The notes under the pieces are model-generated. The model worked only from the letters and a program-made list of their open reading frames with translations. It made no database searches and had not been told where the DNA came from. This document shows positions 1 to 12,820 of a DNA stretch of 64,000 bases, piece by piece. This DNA comes from the human T2T-CHM13v2.0 reference genome, Homo sapiens. A program made the position numbers and the translations under genes. Where the stretch lies: assembly GCF_009914755.1 (NCBI RefSeq), contig NC_060929.1; one strand, written 5' to 3'. Each line of letters begins with the position of its first letter. The first letter of the stretch is position 1.

Positions 1-428
1 ACACAGATAGCAGTCAATTTTAGAGTTGGGTCGTTCACCAGTAGCACTTAGCTACTGAGGACAGGCTCAGAAAAGTAGGTAATGGCAACATTACCAGATG
101 GCATGATGCAAAGACACAGGCTTTGAAATTTAAGTCTATCAGAGAGACTGCTACTGAATTGATAGAGCATAGAATCTAAACTACACAAGAAAGAAGTAAA
201 GAAAAAATAGTTAATTGGAACAAGTGAAGGGTCTAGTTAGAGTGAAGGACAGTTGTAGCAGGAATGGCTGGAAAAGCAAGATGGAAAGAGATGCTCCAAT
301 TCCTGTTTTTGCAGAAGGGGCTGTTTCAGGTAGTCCCTGGTCCAGGGTGAGCTGGTAGGAGGTGTTGGCTGAGGTGGTTGGAAGAGGAAAGATTTGTTGA
401 TGAGAAGGCCTGAATTCTGAATTGGTAT

Positions 429-832
429 TGTCTTAGTGTGTTTGTGTTACTATAAAGGAATACCCGAGGCTGGGTAATTTATAAAGAAAAGAGGTTTATT
501 TGGCTCACAGTTCTGCAGACTGTACAAGAAGCATGGCACCAGCATCTGCCTCTGGCTTCTGGTGAGGGCTTCAGGCTGTTTCCAATCAAGACAGAAGGCG
601 AAGGAAACCTGGTATGTACAGATCACCATGTGGCCTCCAGGCTTTTTGTTAACAACCAGCTTTCTTGGAAACTAATAGAGCTAGAACTATTAATCTTCCC
701 CGGGGAGCATTAATCTAATCATGAAGGATCCACCCTCACGACCCAAACACTTCCCATTAGGCCCCACCTCCAACACCGGGGATCAAATTTCAACATGAGA
801 TTTGAGGGGATAAAAACACCCAAACTCTAGCA
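429..832 (-). mobile_element. MaLR LTR (MSTB-like solo LTR)
   Basis: Begins tgtcttagtgtgtttgtgttactataaaggaatacccgaggctggg and ends ccaaactctagca; matches the reverse of the MST LTR consensus as I recall it. Confidence 0.8.
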
Positions 833-2649
833 CTCAACCACATGGAGGTTGGAAGCATGTAGGATTAAGGGAGGATTTGAAGTGGTAGAGACGGAAGCCA
901 ATGATGAGAGTGACAGGAAGGGGAGAGGGTGACACATAGTATAAGCAGCAAAGGGTGGGGAAGAAGTGGTCTGAAAGGAATAGTAAACAACTATGGCTGT
1001 GGTAAGTGTCCTGAATGAAAAACACCAGAACGCCAGGTATGAAAATAACAAGGGGGAACGGGGAGCCAGGGCCCATCTTCACTGGGGAAATGGCATTTAA
1101 CTGGAACTGCAAAGAATGAATGGGTGCTGTGGCAGAGCACACAGACACCCGCTGGAGAGGAGAGAGAACTGGCGCTTCCCATCCGGCAATGCCCCTGGCT
1201 GGCAAGGTGAGGGAGCAAGTGCCCAGCCTCCCTGTGCACCTGTCCAGTGGGGCAGCAGCAGTACTCACTTCACAGGGTTCTTATGAAACACAAAGGAGTG
1301 AATACATTTGTAAACCCCTAAAAACACATAGTAAGCTTTATGTAGGGGTTAGCTATTATATTTTCATTTAAGAAAAAATATTTCCCCTGGAATCACATCC
1401 AACCAAAATTACAGCAAGTCTTGTTTTCTGTACTCATTCAATTCTTTAAACACCCCATGAGGTAAGTTAAAAAGAAAAAACCCTAAAAAGTAGTTTTCTC
1501 TTTATCTTCTCTCAATCAGCACCGCCTCAAATCCTAGCTTTACCTGCATTCTGTGGCTTCCACAAAGGGCCTTTTATGAAAATCTGGGGCATTCAGGAGG
1601 TGGCTTACTGCCAAACTGCCTTTTAATTTATCAAAGACTCTCGGCTCTCAGGTGTTTAGATAAGTATTGATTAATTTTTTAGGCCAGAAGTTTTTGTGGG
1701 AGAAGTCAAGTGTTCGTGTGTTACTGTGAGGAGATGACCTGCCACACCCAGGAAGACCCTTGCTCCCTGGATCCCCAGCCAGGTGGCATGTTCCCCATGT
1801 ACAGCACCCTGGGACAGTCAGATGGCCCCTTTCTGGATTTCTGGGTCAGACCATTTTGGGAGTCATCTCCAAGTGTCTCAGACAAGTTTCCATGCCTGAT
1901 CCAAAACTAGGTAAGTTACCTGTATGTATGACATCAGAAGGTTCCCACACCACCATGCACATCACAGCAAGCTGTTTGAAGGAGGTAGGATATACAATAA
2001 GTCTTTTCTTTCTTTTTCTTCTTTTGTTTTTATCATTTATTTGCACATTTGTTTCACTTTGCTATATTTTTGGAGCACTGTGAGCTGATCTGAATCCTTG
2101 GAATCATCAGTGGCAACCAGGTAGTGGAGGGGCCAGAACCGAGGATATGGAGATTGGGCCAAGACATGCAGATGGATCCAGGAGATGTGAGGCAGGTAGA
2201 ATCCTGAGCCCTGGGCCACTGACAGGCTAAGGAATCACCCTTGGCAGGATACCACATGCCCCTCTAAAGATACCAGCAGCAGCAAGTCCCATTTCAGAAG
2301 CTTTGGAGGCTGCAGACCTTGGGAAAACAAAGGTAGATCAACAGGGCAGATAACACAAGTTGGACGGGCTGGTTTTTGAGATGATGCGATGCACACCTTT
2401 AAGAACTCCTAGAAATAACTGAGAGATGCGCTATAGGGAGAAACAGCTGAGCTGGCAGGCTGGGAACTCCAACCATTGCCAACTGGGCATCAGAAATCAA
2501 CAGAGCCACAGTTTGCTCTCAGTGAGCACCCTGATCGACCTCCCCTGCTATTTCTTTACAGTCTCCATGGATTCATCAGCTCAAGCTTCCTGAGCCACAG
2601 GTGGAAGATGAGATGAGTGTAGCTAGACGAGTAGTAGTTAAGGAGAAAT

Positions 2650-2830
2650 CCATTTATTGATCACTCTCCATGTGCCAGATATTTACTCTTCAAGCAAGAC
2701 ATCCTTCGAGGTAGGTCTGGTTATTCTCACATTACAGATGAGAACACTAAGATACAGAAAAGATGTTTACTTGCCCCAGGTCACACAGCTGGTAAGTGAC
2801 AAAGCCAGGATCTAAACTCAGTTTGATTCA
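2650..2830 (-). mobile_element. MIR SINE fragment
   Basis: MIR core: cattacagatgagaacactaag...acttgccccaggtcacacagctggtaagtgacaaagccagga. Confidence 0.7.
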
Positions 2831-3989
2831 TCCCCTTTCTGCATGCTGGGGAGACAGTGCATTCTTTGGGATCCAGTCAGCAGTGAATGAGTGAAGAGAC
2901 AGTACTTTTCCAAAGAACTCTTAATATCAACACGTTGGTCTCCTCTAGCCACAGACCAGATGCTGTGGCCACTGTTGAGGGGGGGTCTTTCTCCCTTGGC
3001 AGTGCAGAGGCCTCTTCAGAAAAGCCAAGTGTGCTCCCAGCAAATTCTTACTTTCGCTGAAACAACTGCTTGCATTCTACACCCTTGGCTAAGGCTAGCA
3101 GCACTCAGGCTGAGCTGTTATTAACTGTGCAAAATCAACAGCACCATCTCACGCCATAAAATGACTCTGCAAAAGATTAGCCTTTGCACTAGGATCAGCT
3201 AAGGGAGCCAGTCTAAACCCTTAATTCAAGCTTTCCAAATTAGTCAGCCTCTACTTGCACTCCTGATATGTCTCTGAAGCCCCTGGGTCTAAGTCCGACC
3301 TGGGGGTTAGGGAGGAGGAAAATATCCCAGGGACTTTGGTACACCCTTTTCAGGGTTATACAGCTGGATGGGGCCCAGGTTGGTTCAGAGGAGTCATTGG
3401 GAGTCCTGGAAATATGTGTTGAAACATGGACCCAAGACTGAGCGCTCAAGAATAAATTCCTATAAACCAAGCCCAGCTGGGGCTCAGAAAACATCAGAAA
3501 TTGGAAGCAGGGAAATGTGTGCTTCTGGGTGCTAAGATTAATTTGGGGCAGAATTAGAAAGAGACCAAAAGAGAAAAGAGACCTAGAAGTTGGCAGACTT
3601 GATTAGCTGATTGTCTTTCTGCCATCTTATGAATTCTGAAAAATGGTGCCACTGAATTCTGCAGGTCAATCCACTTGCCCTGAGTTTCTTCTCAGGGTTG
3701 GCAGTGCCCTGGGAAGAAATACGTGGCCTGTCTTGTTGAAGTGAAAGATATGTGTTCCTTAGGGCACTGTTTTGGGAACAGAGCAGCAGAAGCCCCCTGC
3801 TCTGGGTGAAACTCATGCCTCCCAGCCGCACTAGCTGTGCTCTGCACCCCAGAAACATCTGAAAACTGCACTTGGTTGGCACCAGCCCCTCCCTTGCTTT
3901 GTGTGTTTAGAACCCTCCAAAGGACTAATTGTTACTCTTCCAGAGAGGGAGCCCAGCCTCCTCAATTTTGTAATGTCACTCACAGACCA

Positions 3990-5360
3990 CAGGAAAGTAT
4001 TCCTTCCGAATTCCTGAACTCCAAGCCTCCATATTCAATTGCCTACTCAGCTTCTCTACTCGGATGTCTAATGGACAAAATTAACATGTCCCCAAATGGA
4101 CTCTGAAGCTCCTCCTCTCAAACTTGTCCCACTCTTAGGATTCCCCATCTTGCTCATGCCAGAACCATTCTTCCACTTGCTCAGATCCAAAACCTTGGAA
4201 TCAAAACCCACATGTGGTTCATGGAAAATCCCATTGACTCTATCTTCAAGATATATCCAAAGTCTCATCCCTTTCATCACCTTCATACACAAGCTACAGA
4301 CATAACTCCTGGGTTGTTACCACAGCCTCCTAACTGGCCTCTTCCCATCCATCCTGGCTCCTCCTTGGGCTATTCTTACTGCAACAGCCACCAATTTCTT
4401 TTTTAAAAGAAATCAGATCACATCACTGTCAAAGCTCATCACATCAGCTCAAAAACCATTCAAAGGCTTCCCACCTACTTAAAGGCCCTGCACAACCTGG
4501 TGCCCTTGGCCCTGCACATGCCTTTCCTCTCTGACCTCCTCTCCTACTCTCCCCCTTGCTCACCAACTGCAGCCACCCTGGCCTCTTGCTCTCCTTTGAA
4601 TATGCTAATATGTGTGTTCCTACCTCAGGGCCTTTGCACCTGTGGTTACTTCTGCCTGAAGCACTCTTCCCTACTTCCCACAAAAAATCACGAACTATGC
4701 TTACAAATTCTTACTCTTCCCTACAAGAGGTGGCACCTAATCCCATTCCCCTTGACTTTGTGACTCAATTCTAAGGACCAGAATAAAGAGAAGTGATGGT
4801 ATGGAAGTGCAGAGCCTCGTCAGAAAAGGCACCACAGCTTCCCCTTTGTTTGCTCTCCCTTGGATCACTCACGTGAGGGGAGGCTGGGTGGAGAAATCCA
4901 CATAGTGAGGAACTGAGGCCTCCTGCCAATAGCCCTGTGAATGTGCCACCTTGGCAGCAGATCCTCCAGCCCCAGTCCAGCCTTCAGATGACCACAGCCC
5001 TGGCCAACTGCTAGACTGCAGCCTCTGAGAGGCTCAGCCAGAAGTACCCAGCTAAGCCACTTGCAGTTTCTGACCCTGATCAGAAACCCTGAGAATACAT
5101 TTTTGCTGTTTCAAACTTCAAAGTTTTGGGGTAAGTTGTTATGCAATAATAGATCATTGATACACTTGCTTCCTCATTCCCTTCAAGTTTTTGCTGCAAT
5201 CTCACCTTCTCAGAGATGCCTTCCTTAACTCCCCTATTTAAAATGGGGTGCTCCCCAGTCCCCATCTGTGATTTATTGTTCTCCCTGGCACTCAATCACT
5301 TTCTAATTCTCTGTATAACTTACATATTTTATTGCCTTTCTCCTCAATAAAATACAAGTT
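3990..5360 (+). mobile_element. L2 LINE 3' region, interrupted by an MLT1 LTR
   Basis: L2-typical text (tcctgaactccaagcctccatattcaattgcctact...ggatgtctaat; cagggcctttgcacctgtggt; tctcaccttctcagagatgccttcc); boundaries approximate. Confidence 0.7.
4682..5164 (+). mobile_element. MaLR LTR (MLT1E/F-like) inserted in L2
   Basis: gaggaactgaggcctcctgccaatagcc, cagccttcagatgaccacagccctggcc, 3' end gcaataatagatcattgataca; 5' boundary approximate. Confidence 0.7.
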
Positions 5361-7099
5361 CCGTGTTTTATTGGTAGTTGGTAAATCTGTGCTGGCTAAA
5401 TACATGAACACATGCCTCTGCTTTATGCTTCTACAGTCACTGAATTCGAGGTTTTTAATCTTGTTCTGATGCTGTTTTTCTAAGGATTCGGTCTGGCTTT
5501 TATCTTTTTCACTACCACACAGGCCAGGGAAGACCACTAGATAGTGACCAGGCCACGCAGCTTCTCTCCTAAGGCTAGGTGGGCTACAAAGATAAGTACC
5601 TCAAAGGCTGGTGGGTATGTCTTTCATACATAATCGATGATCAATTTCCAAGGAGTTTAATTTAGTCAAACAGGCTCTCATAGACACAAACAGTGAGAAC
5701 AGCAGATATACCAAGTGGAGGCTAATCTGATTGTCCTTGGTGCCAGGATATTCAAGTCTGTCATGGGTGGTGAGCCTGCAGTCATGTGGCACCAGAGGGG
5801 CAGCTGTATCAACAGGCCCCTTGCAGGCCTGCACATGACATGGCCAGAGATTCAGTTTCAAATAAGGGGGAAGGGAAGAATGAGTAGGGAAAGGACAAGG
5901 AAACCCTTTTGCACAATGAAGAGTTGTTCACAGGCCTGTGTCAGAGGGGACAAATCCTATAATGAGGGCCTGAGTTCTTAGAAAGCCAGTGCCTGCTGTT
6001 GTACAATCCACTCTTGGGTATCTGCCCATTCGCTGGACATGCTTTGGTGCCCTTCCAGAAGGTGGTATACCTTGACACTTGGACCAGGAAGGATATCTCC
6101 ACCCCAAACATAGATTACTGCAATGTCCTTGGGACACAGTGCCTGTATTGTTATAATAATCTAAACGTGCTTGGCATCACAAGGCCATGAGGGCGTTTTC
6201 TGGGTTCACAGCATGGTGTGTTCTCTGAGTGACAGGTGTGCTGCGGGAGAAACACTGAATGGTCAGCGCATCTGCATCTGGCTCAGGCCTTCTCTGCATG
6301 TCAACCAGCTGCAGAGGTTACTTTACCTCTGTCAGCCTGGACCTCAGTTTCCTCAACTGACAAATGACTGTTTTTCTCAGTCTCCTGTCCCCTGCTGCCT
6401 CCAACCTTTTCTGAACTGCTGGAGAGATGTAGCAAAGAACCACAAAGCAAGGGGTCGTGAGTGTTGGCATTGTTCATTTCGACAGTAATCAGGGCTGTTA
6501 GTTATGGCGGGGATTTACAGAGGTCGGGCACCCTGGCTATGAAAAAGTCCACCTTTGGCCACCCAGGCAAGTGCCCCACCAAATTCCAATGGCAAGAACT
6601 TGTCCGTTCTGCCTCCCTGGTGAACCCTAAAGCCCAGGTAACCCCCTCCCCTCTTTACCTCTCTGACTGGTTCTTTAAGTCTCTTCTCACCTCTGATGAT
6701 TAGCTAAGCCTGCTTCATACTTTACCTTCAGTGAGCATGACCAGGAATCTCTTGTTGTATCAGGTAGGTAAAGTGCTTGCTTGCACATTGAAAAGTTTCA
6801 TCCATTGGCCTTAACTCTAGATAGGGTTTCAGGCAAGGCAGACAGGAAGCTGAGAAGAGAAGGCAGGGCTGGGAAGTCCCCGTGGCTCAGGGCACCTCTG
6901 CGCTTGGGCAGAGAACCCTTGACTCACCTTCCACCGTGCCCTGACCCCTGGTGTGGAAACTAGCACAGTTGGATCCGTATCACGTGTCACGGGGCTGGTT
7001 ACAAATAGCACAGGGATTGGCAAACTCATCCCGAAACTCCCGGTTCAAGGGCAGGGAAAGTTACCAGTTTAATTCCGGCAGATCATTAGTGGTGGAGAA

Positions 7100-8280
7100 C
7101 CAGGAAGGGGGTTCTATCGCAAAGGAGGGCTGTGCGCAGACACGTGGGTGCGGGAGGGGCAGAGCTGGTCCGGCGCGGGGCTTGCCGCGTCTCGGCCTCA
7201 GTCTCGGAGCCAGGACCTCAGGCCTGAATGGCTGGGTGTGGAGGGCCCTTGTCTCACATTCTGTAGAGCGCACGTCGTCCCGTGACCTGGTGGCTCCATA
7301 TTCGATGGGGAGCTCGCAGCGAGTCGCTTCCCTCTGTAACCCCACTCCAGGTCTCCAGAGCAGTAGGAGGGCCACAGGGCTGCTGGGTGTAGTCGCCCCG
7401 GACCTCGCGGTGGCCAAGGCCAAGGCGGCCGGGGCACGGTACCCTGTTCGGCCTGGGCCGCAACCACGAAGGAGGCGGTGGAGGCGGGGGCCGGCGCTTC
7501 CTCCGCGCCCCCCACGCCGCCGCTCTCTCGCGCCCCTATAGAACTGGGCCTCAGGCCTCGAGGGGGAGCGGGCCTCGGCGGGCGGGGCGCACAGTTCCGC
7601 CAGCCGGCGGGGGCATCTCAACTCGCCGGCCCCGCCAGGTGTGCGGGCCAGGCAGCCGTGGAAGGTGCCCATTTCTCCCAGATTCCTCGCGCGCACGGCC
7701 ACGAGCGCGGAGGCTGCCAAACCCGCCAGCCCTGGGTTCCGAAGCCGCCCCTGGCTCTCCATTCCCTCGCGGGCGCGCCCCGGGCCCCCGGTGGCGGCCA
7801 GCTCCCACCGGTCGCTCCTGCACTGCCCTGCCCTGCCCTCCCCGGGCCGCCGCGCCCGCGCAGCACCGCCTCCTTCTCTAAATACTGCCGGGTCCGCCCT
7901 CCGCACCAGGACGCGCGGTGGGTAGGGTGCAGGGCGGCCGGCGCAGCCGAGGCCGCGTGCGGAGGCGGACGCCGCGCCCAGCCAGTGCCCACAGCAGCGC
8001 GGTCAGCCAGGCGCCGGACCCAGCTTCAGGTAAGCTGCCCCGGCCCGCGCGCCTGCGCCGGCGGCGGCGGGTCGGGCGCTGAGCTGTGCGGCCAGGCTGG
8101 GCGCGGGGAGCCGCGGCAGCGCGGAGGCGCTGGGTATCCGAGCCCAACCTGCGTCCCTGCGAGCCCCTCCGGCTGTTGCTTGCGCTCGGGCTCCCTAAAA
8201 GCCGCAAACCGATTTCGCACAGAAGGCATTTGCCTCTCGTTTCGTTCCCCAAACGCACCATAGCTTTGGACGTGGAGAGG
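7100..8280. promoter_or_regulatory. TMEM171: CpG island promoter of TMEM171
   Basis: Very GC- and CpG-rich ~1.2 kb with GC boxes (gggcgggg ~7580), CACGTG E-boxes at 6981 and 7141, and TATA-like TAAATA at 7879-7884 just upstream of exon 1. Confidence 0.9.
7910..8029 (+). other. TMEM171: TMEM171 non-coding exon 1 (5' UTR); TSS approximate
   Basis: Consensus donor CAG|GTAAGC at 8029/8030 inside the CpG island, ~150 nt after a TATA-like element; next acceptor tttgcag| at 10638. Confidence 0.75.
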
Positions 8281-9733
8281 TGCTGTGAATTTTGGAAATG
8301 TCTTTTGGAAAACCAATAGGAGTGTTGGAGAGGGGAGTTTGGCTTTGGGGAGTTTAAGTGTAGGGTGGTGTTTGGAAAAGGTTTCATTGCGAGTGAATGT
8401 GGGTGTCTTTGTATCCGTTTGTGAGTGCATCTGTGGGAGAAGGAGAGAGAGAGAGTATTTCCACACTATTTTGGATCAGAGGTGAACACTCAGCCAGGTG
8501 CTCCGTCCACTAGTCCACGGACAAGAAACTACAGATTCAGTTTTGGGCTTCTATTTACTGGTGTTTGGGAATTTGCCTTAAGACAGTTGAAGCCTTGTGA
8601 CTCACTGCAAAGTTGACTATACTGGGAATAAATGAATTCCTGATAGGACTTTGCAGCCGAGAATCACCCTTCTCTTTCTTGTCTCCGAAACCGCAAAAGA
8701 GATTGCATGATTCAGGAAAAAAATTAAAACAACAACAATAACAAAAAACCAATATATATAGGTTTCAGGACTCTCCATCGTTTCATTCCACTGAGAGTTT
8801 TGGAATGTACTCCCTGTAGGATAAATGAGGACTACTGTATACTCAATATGAAATTCTTATTCACTGCAGGATGTTACTGACTTAATAAAAAATGGGAAGA
8901 TTAAAAAATTAGTGCAATGCTTTGTCTCAGCTTAACTGCATCTGTATATCAAGTTTTTCCAAGTTTGAAATGAAAGCTTTTTTCCCTCCTATATTTCCTT
9001 TTTTTCTCCAACTTCCTTCTGATTCTATCATACTTTTTCCTGGAAAAGTTTTTCCCAGTGTAAGATTGCCTGTTTGCTTTCTTTACCTAAACTGACCTTC
9101 CCTCAGTGTGATTTTGGTTTGTCAAGATCATCTTGGGCTTAGGGCCACAGTCTTGAGTTCCTTCATGGGACCATGGATGTGAGCGGCACAAAATATTTTA
9201 AAAGTTTTCTTTCCTTGGGCAGGTGAAAATAGTCTTCACGATTTTGGATTGTCTTTGCAATTGCAGGACCTGACTTACGGGGTCCTGGTAAAATATCCCA
9301 TTCATTGGAGTAAAATAAGATAACGAGATAATTAGGTCAGCTCTGTGTAAGCTAGACAACTCTTTAACAACCACTTGGCATATTTAATATATTATACCCC
9401 TGAAGTACAGGGCTTGGGTGATTTTCTGGAAGGTGCTTTCTCACTTGATTCCACTTATACTATTCTTTCAAAGCCAAGTTCCCCCCTTCCACCCATTTTG
9501 TGCTTTATAACTAGCAGTTTTATTGGCTGCTTGTTTTTTAACTGAGTCTCAACCTCTTTGTGGAAGTAGGTGACACCATGGAGGAGGGTGAGTGAGAGGC
9601 CACACCAGCCTTTGGGTACCTGTCCACTCTGAAAATTGAGCTCCTGTTGACCTGCTGTGCAACACTTTCCAGGGTCATCCCAGATCCAAGCAACTGGGTC
9701 ACCAGTCTGTGCTTGTTGAGAACCCAAGAACCA

Positions 9734-10031
9734 TTTTGTTTTGTTTTGTTTTGTTTTTGGCAGGGTCTCACTCTGTTGCCCAGGCTGGAGAGTAGTGGCG
9801 TGATCTTGGCTCACTGCAACCTCCAGCTCCTGGGCTCAAGCAATCCTCCCACCTCAGCCTACCAAGTAGCTGGGACCACAGGCACCATGCCTGGCTAAAG
9901 TTTGTATTTTTAGCAGAGATGGGGTTTTGCTATGTCACCCAGGCTGGTCTCGAACTCCTGAGCTCAAGCAATCTGCCTGCCTCTGCCTCCCAAAGTGCTG
10001 GGATTACAGGCGCAAGCCACCACGCCTGGCC
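9734..10031 (-). mobile_element. Alu (AluJ-like) in TMEM171 intron 1
   Basis: Antisense Alu dimer with (TTTTG)n tail; caagaacca flanks both ends (TSD-like). Confidence 0.9.
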
Positions 10032-10706
10032 TCAAGAACCACATTTTGATAGAATCAACTTAAAAGTCCACCAAACCCACTGTGTTCCTGAACAGACTTC
10101 TTATTCTATTGAAATTGCTGAAATTGGGTCTTTTGTAGATGTAGCCTTAGAATAAAACATGAAATGGAAAGCTGCTGTAGTCTAAAACAGGAAATGGAAA
10201 GTTAGTTACTGAACTGACTTGAAAATGCTGAGAGCAGCTATGATGAAAAGTGGGGCATTTGCAATCAGAAAGAATCCCTGTGGTTCTTCCCTCATTCACC
10301 AGTGCTTTTTTCCCCAGGGAAATGAGTTTGTAAGACTCAGAAAAGGAAATGCCACACCCAGCTACTTTTGTTCTTTCAGTTTTTAAAAAAGATACCCTTA
10401 GATGTGTAGTAATTTAATTTCCTGTTTTGAATATCTTGTAAAATTACATATTTAGGAGTTTCTGAATGCTAGTTTATCTGACTCATAAACCAACTCATTG
10501 TTCTACAGCTTATCAGTTGTATAAAGTTCTACCCCCAAGGCCTCATCGTGGTGTGATTTCAGAAATGATCAGCAAAAAACCAGGGTGGTTCTGGAACACC
10601 TGTGCCCACGTTAATTTGGTGTTTGGTTGTGTTTGCAGAGCTGCTGAAATCTTGGAGGGAAGAAAACACATCCCACCCTGCCTCCGGGAAGGGGCCTCTC
10701 CTGGAC

Positions 10707-11346
10707 ATGTCTCCTGCAGCTGCTGCTGAGCCAGATGGGGACCAGCAGGACAGACACGTCAGCAAACTCATCTTCTGCTTCTTTGTCTTCGGCGCCGTCT
10801 TGTTGTGTGTGGGAGTCCTGCTCTCCATCTTTGGGTTCCAGGCATGCCAATATAAGCCCCTCCCAGACTGCCCCATGGTGCTCAAGGTGGCGGGGCCTGC
10901 ATGTGCCGTGGTTGGGCTTGGGGCTGTGATCCTGGCCCGCTCCCGGGCGCAACTTCAGCTCGGTGCAGGGCTGCAGAGAGGTCAGCAGATGGACCCCGAC
11001 CGAGCCTTCATCTGTGGAGAGAGCCGCCAGTTTGCCCAGTGCCTTATCTTTGGGTTTCTGTTCTTGACAAGCGGCATGCTCATCAGCGTCCTGGGCATTT
11101 GGGTCCCTGGATGTGGCTCCAAATGGGCGCAGGAACCGCTAAACGAGACAGACACTGGCGACTCAGAGCCCCGGATGTGTGGGTTCCTTTCTCTGCAGAT
11201 CATGGGGCCCTTGATTGTGCTTGTGGGATTGTGTTTCTTCGTGGTTGCCCATGTTAAGAAGAGAAACACGCTGAATGCTGGCCAGGATGCCTCTGAGAGA
11301 GAAGAGGGACAGATCCAGATTATGGAGCCTGTCCAGGTCACTGTAG
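10707..11346 (+). CDS. TMEM171: TMEM171 coding exon (exon 2; exon starts at 10639), residues 1-213, four predicted TM helices
   Basis: ATG at 10707 gives MSPAAAAEPDGDQQDRHVSKLIFCFFVFG..., recognised as human TMEM171; acceptor tttgcag| at 10638; donor GTAG|GTGGGT at 11346/11347 (phase 1). Confidence 0.96.
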
Positions 11347-12569
11347 GTGGGTTGCTGTTATTTGCGTTCTTGCTTCTATCACAGTGGCTTTGCAGCAGGG
11401 TTTCACCAGCTGCTCTTGGTTCTCGTCTGGATTCTCTTTCTCAATTCTTCCATCTCTCACACATGTGTGTGCACACGCACACACCCCCATCATGTGTACA
11501 TACACAATGGTGCTGCTGTGGGAAGCCCCGTAGGAACCTTGTATACATCTTTTCCCCCCCAGCAACTCTTTCCTACTTTGCAAAGCATTGGGATATTAAG
11601 TAGTGACCTTGACTGAGGTCACAGAGCAAATTAAGAGGAAAGTGAGAAGAACCATGAGGACAGCCTTGGAGCCTTCTGCCACCTTAGGGACTCACTAAGT
11701 GACCCTGTTACCCCTGTTATTCTCACACCAAAACCACATAGCATTTTAGTTGTGGGACACTTGGTTTCTCCTCCCAGGCTGTCACTAGCTGGCTGTCCTT
11801 GTAAGTCCTTAACCTCTCCTGCCTTGGTTTATGTCTCTATAAAACGAGCAGTGCCTCTCTAAGATTCCTGCAGCACTAACATTCTAGGATTCTGGATCTG
11901 TCTGAGTCCAGCAGTCTCCAGGTGTTTTGAGGGGCCTCTGCACTGTCTCTGTGTTGTCCTTCTTTTTTTGTGACATCATCCGTGGCTGCAGGGCTGAGGC
12001 AAAGCTTGGAAGCAGCGGGATGAACCAAGATGGAATATGACAGCACCTTTCTCCCGTGGAATGCCTACAAGTTCCTTTTGGGTCCCCCGGGTTCTACAGA
12101 AGAGATGGAGTGCCATTTCCCAGAGCCTGCCCCCTCAGAACAATAGCAGTAGCGTTGGCCTCAGCTTCACACAACCAAGGAAAAACCCCATCGCTGTTCA
12201 TTGGCAGATCACTTTTTTTCAGTCTCCTACTTTTGAAAGAGTAAAGTTGTGAAACCACTGACATTTAAAAGGCTAGGAAAAGAGATCTTCAGAACAGAAA
12301 CCATGGAGAGGACAGAGAGGGAATGTGACAAGTGAGATGCATCTCCTGTTTGGGGCTGTCTACTGGAAGCAGTGGAATTCACTGACTGCAGCCTGGAGGG
12401 GAGGAACTGGGTTGCTGGACTTGCATGGCACCAGCCTTGGAGAGGAGGGGCAGATGGATCTGCAGCCATTCCTTGTGTAGAGCCAGGGTAGATGCTCCCA
12501 GCTTATTTATTAATATATTTATGCATTAATATATTTATGGTGACAACACAAATATTAGTTATATATTCA

Positions 12570-12820
12570 CAATAGCTAACACTTATATAGGGTCTATTTT
12601 TGTGCCAAACACCCATTTAAGTGCTTTATCATGTGCTCTTAAAGGTCCCCTGTGTGAAATTCATTCACACCTACAGCAATCCAAGGGGGCAGATAACGTT
12701 AGTACCTCCATGTTACACAGGAAGAAGATGAGGCATGTAGATATCAAGTGACTTGCCTAAGGTCACACCCTAGCAAGTGGTAGAGCAAGGTTCCAACCCA
12801 AGTGTGTGGGCACACCCACA
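12570..12820 (-). mobile_element. MIR SINE
   Basis: ccatgttacacaggaagaagatgaggcatgtag...aagtgacttgcctaaggtcacac...aaggttccaaccca. Confidence 0.65.

Noticed and set aside
6951-8466. Long overlapping ORFs (196, 281, 261, 169, 146 aa) on both strands
   Set aside because: They lie in the GC-rich CpG island where stops are rare; Arg/Pro/Gly/Ala low-complexity products with no recognisable family
10602-10706. 35-aa N-terminal extension of TMEM171 in the ORF track
   Set aside because: Starts at a non-ATG codon in intron 1, upstream of the acceptor at 10638; the first ATG is at 10707
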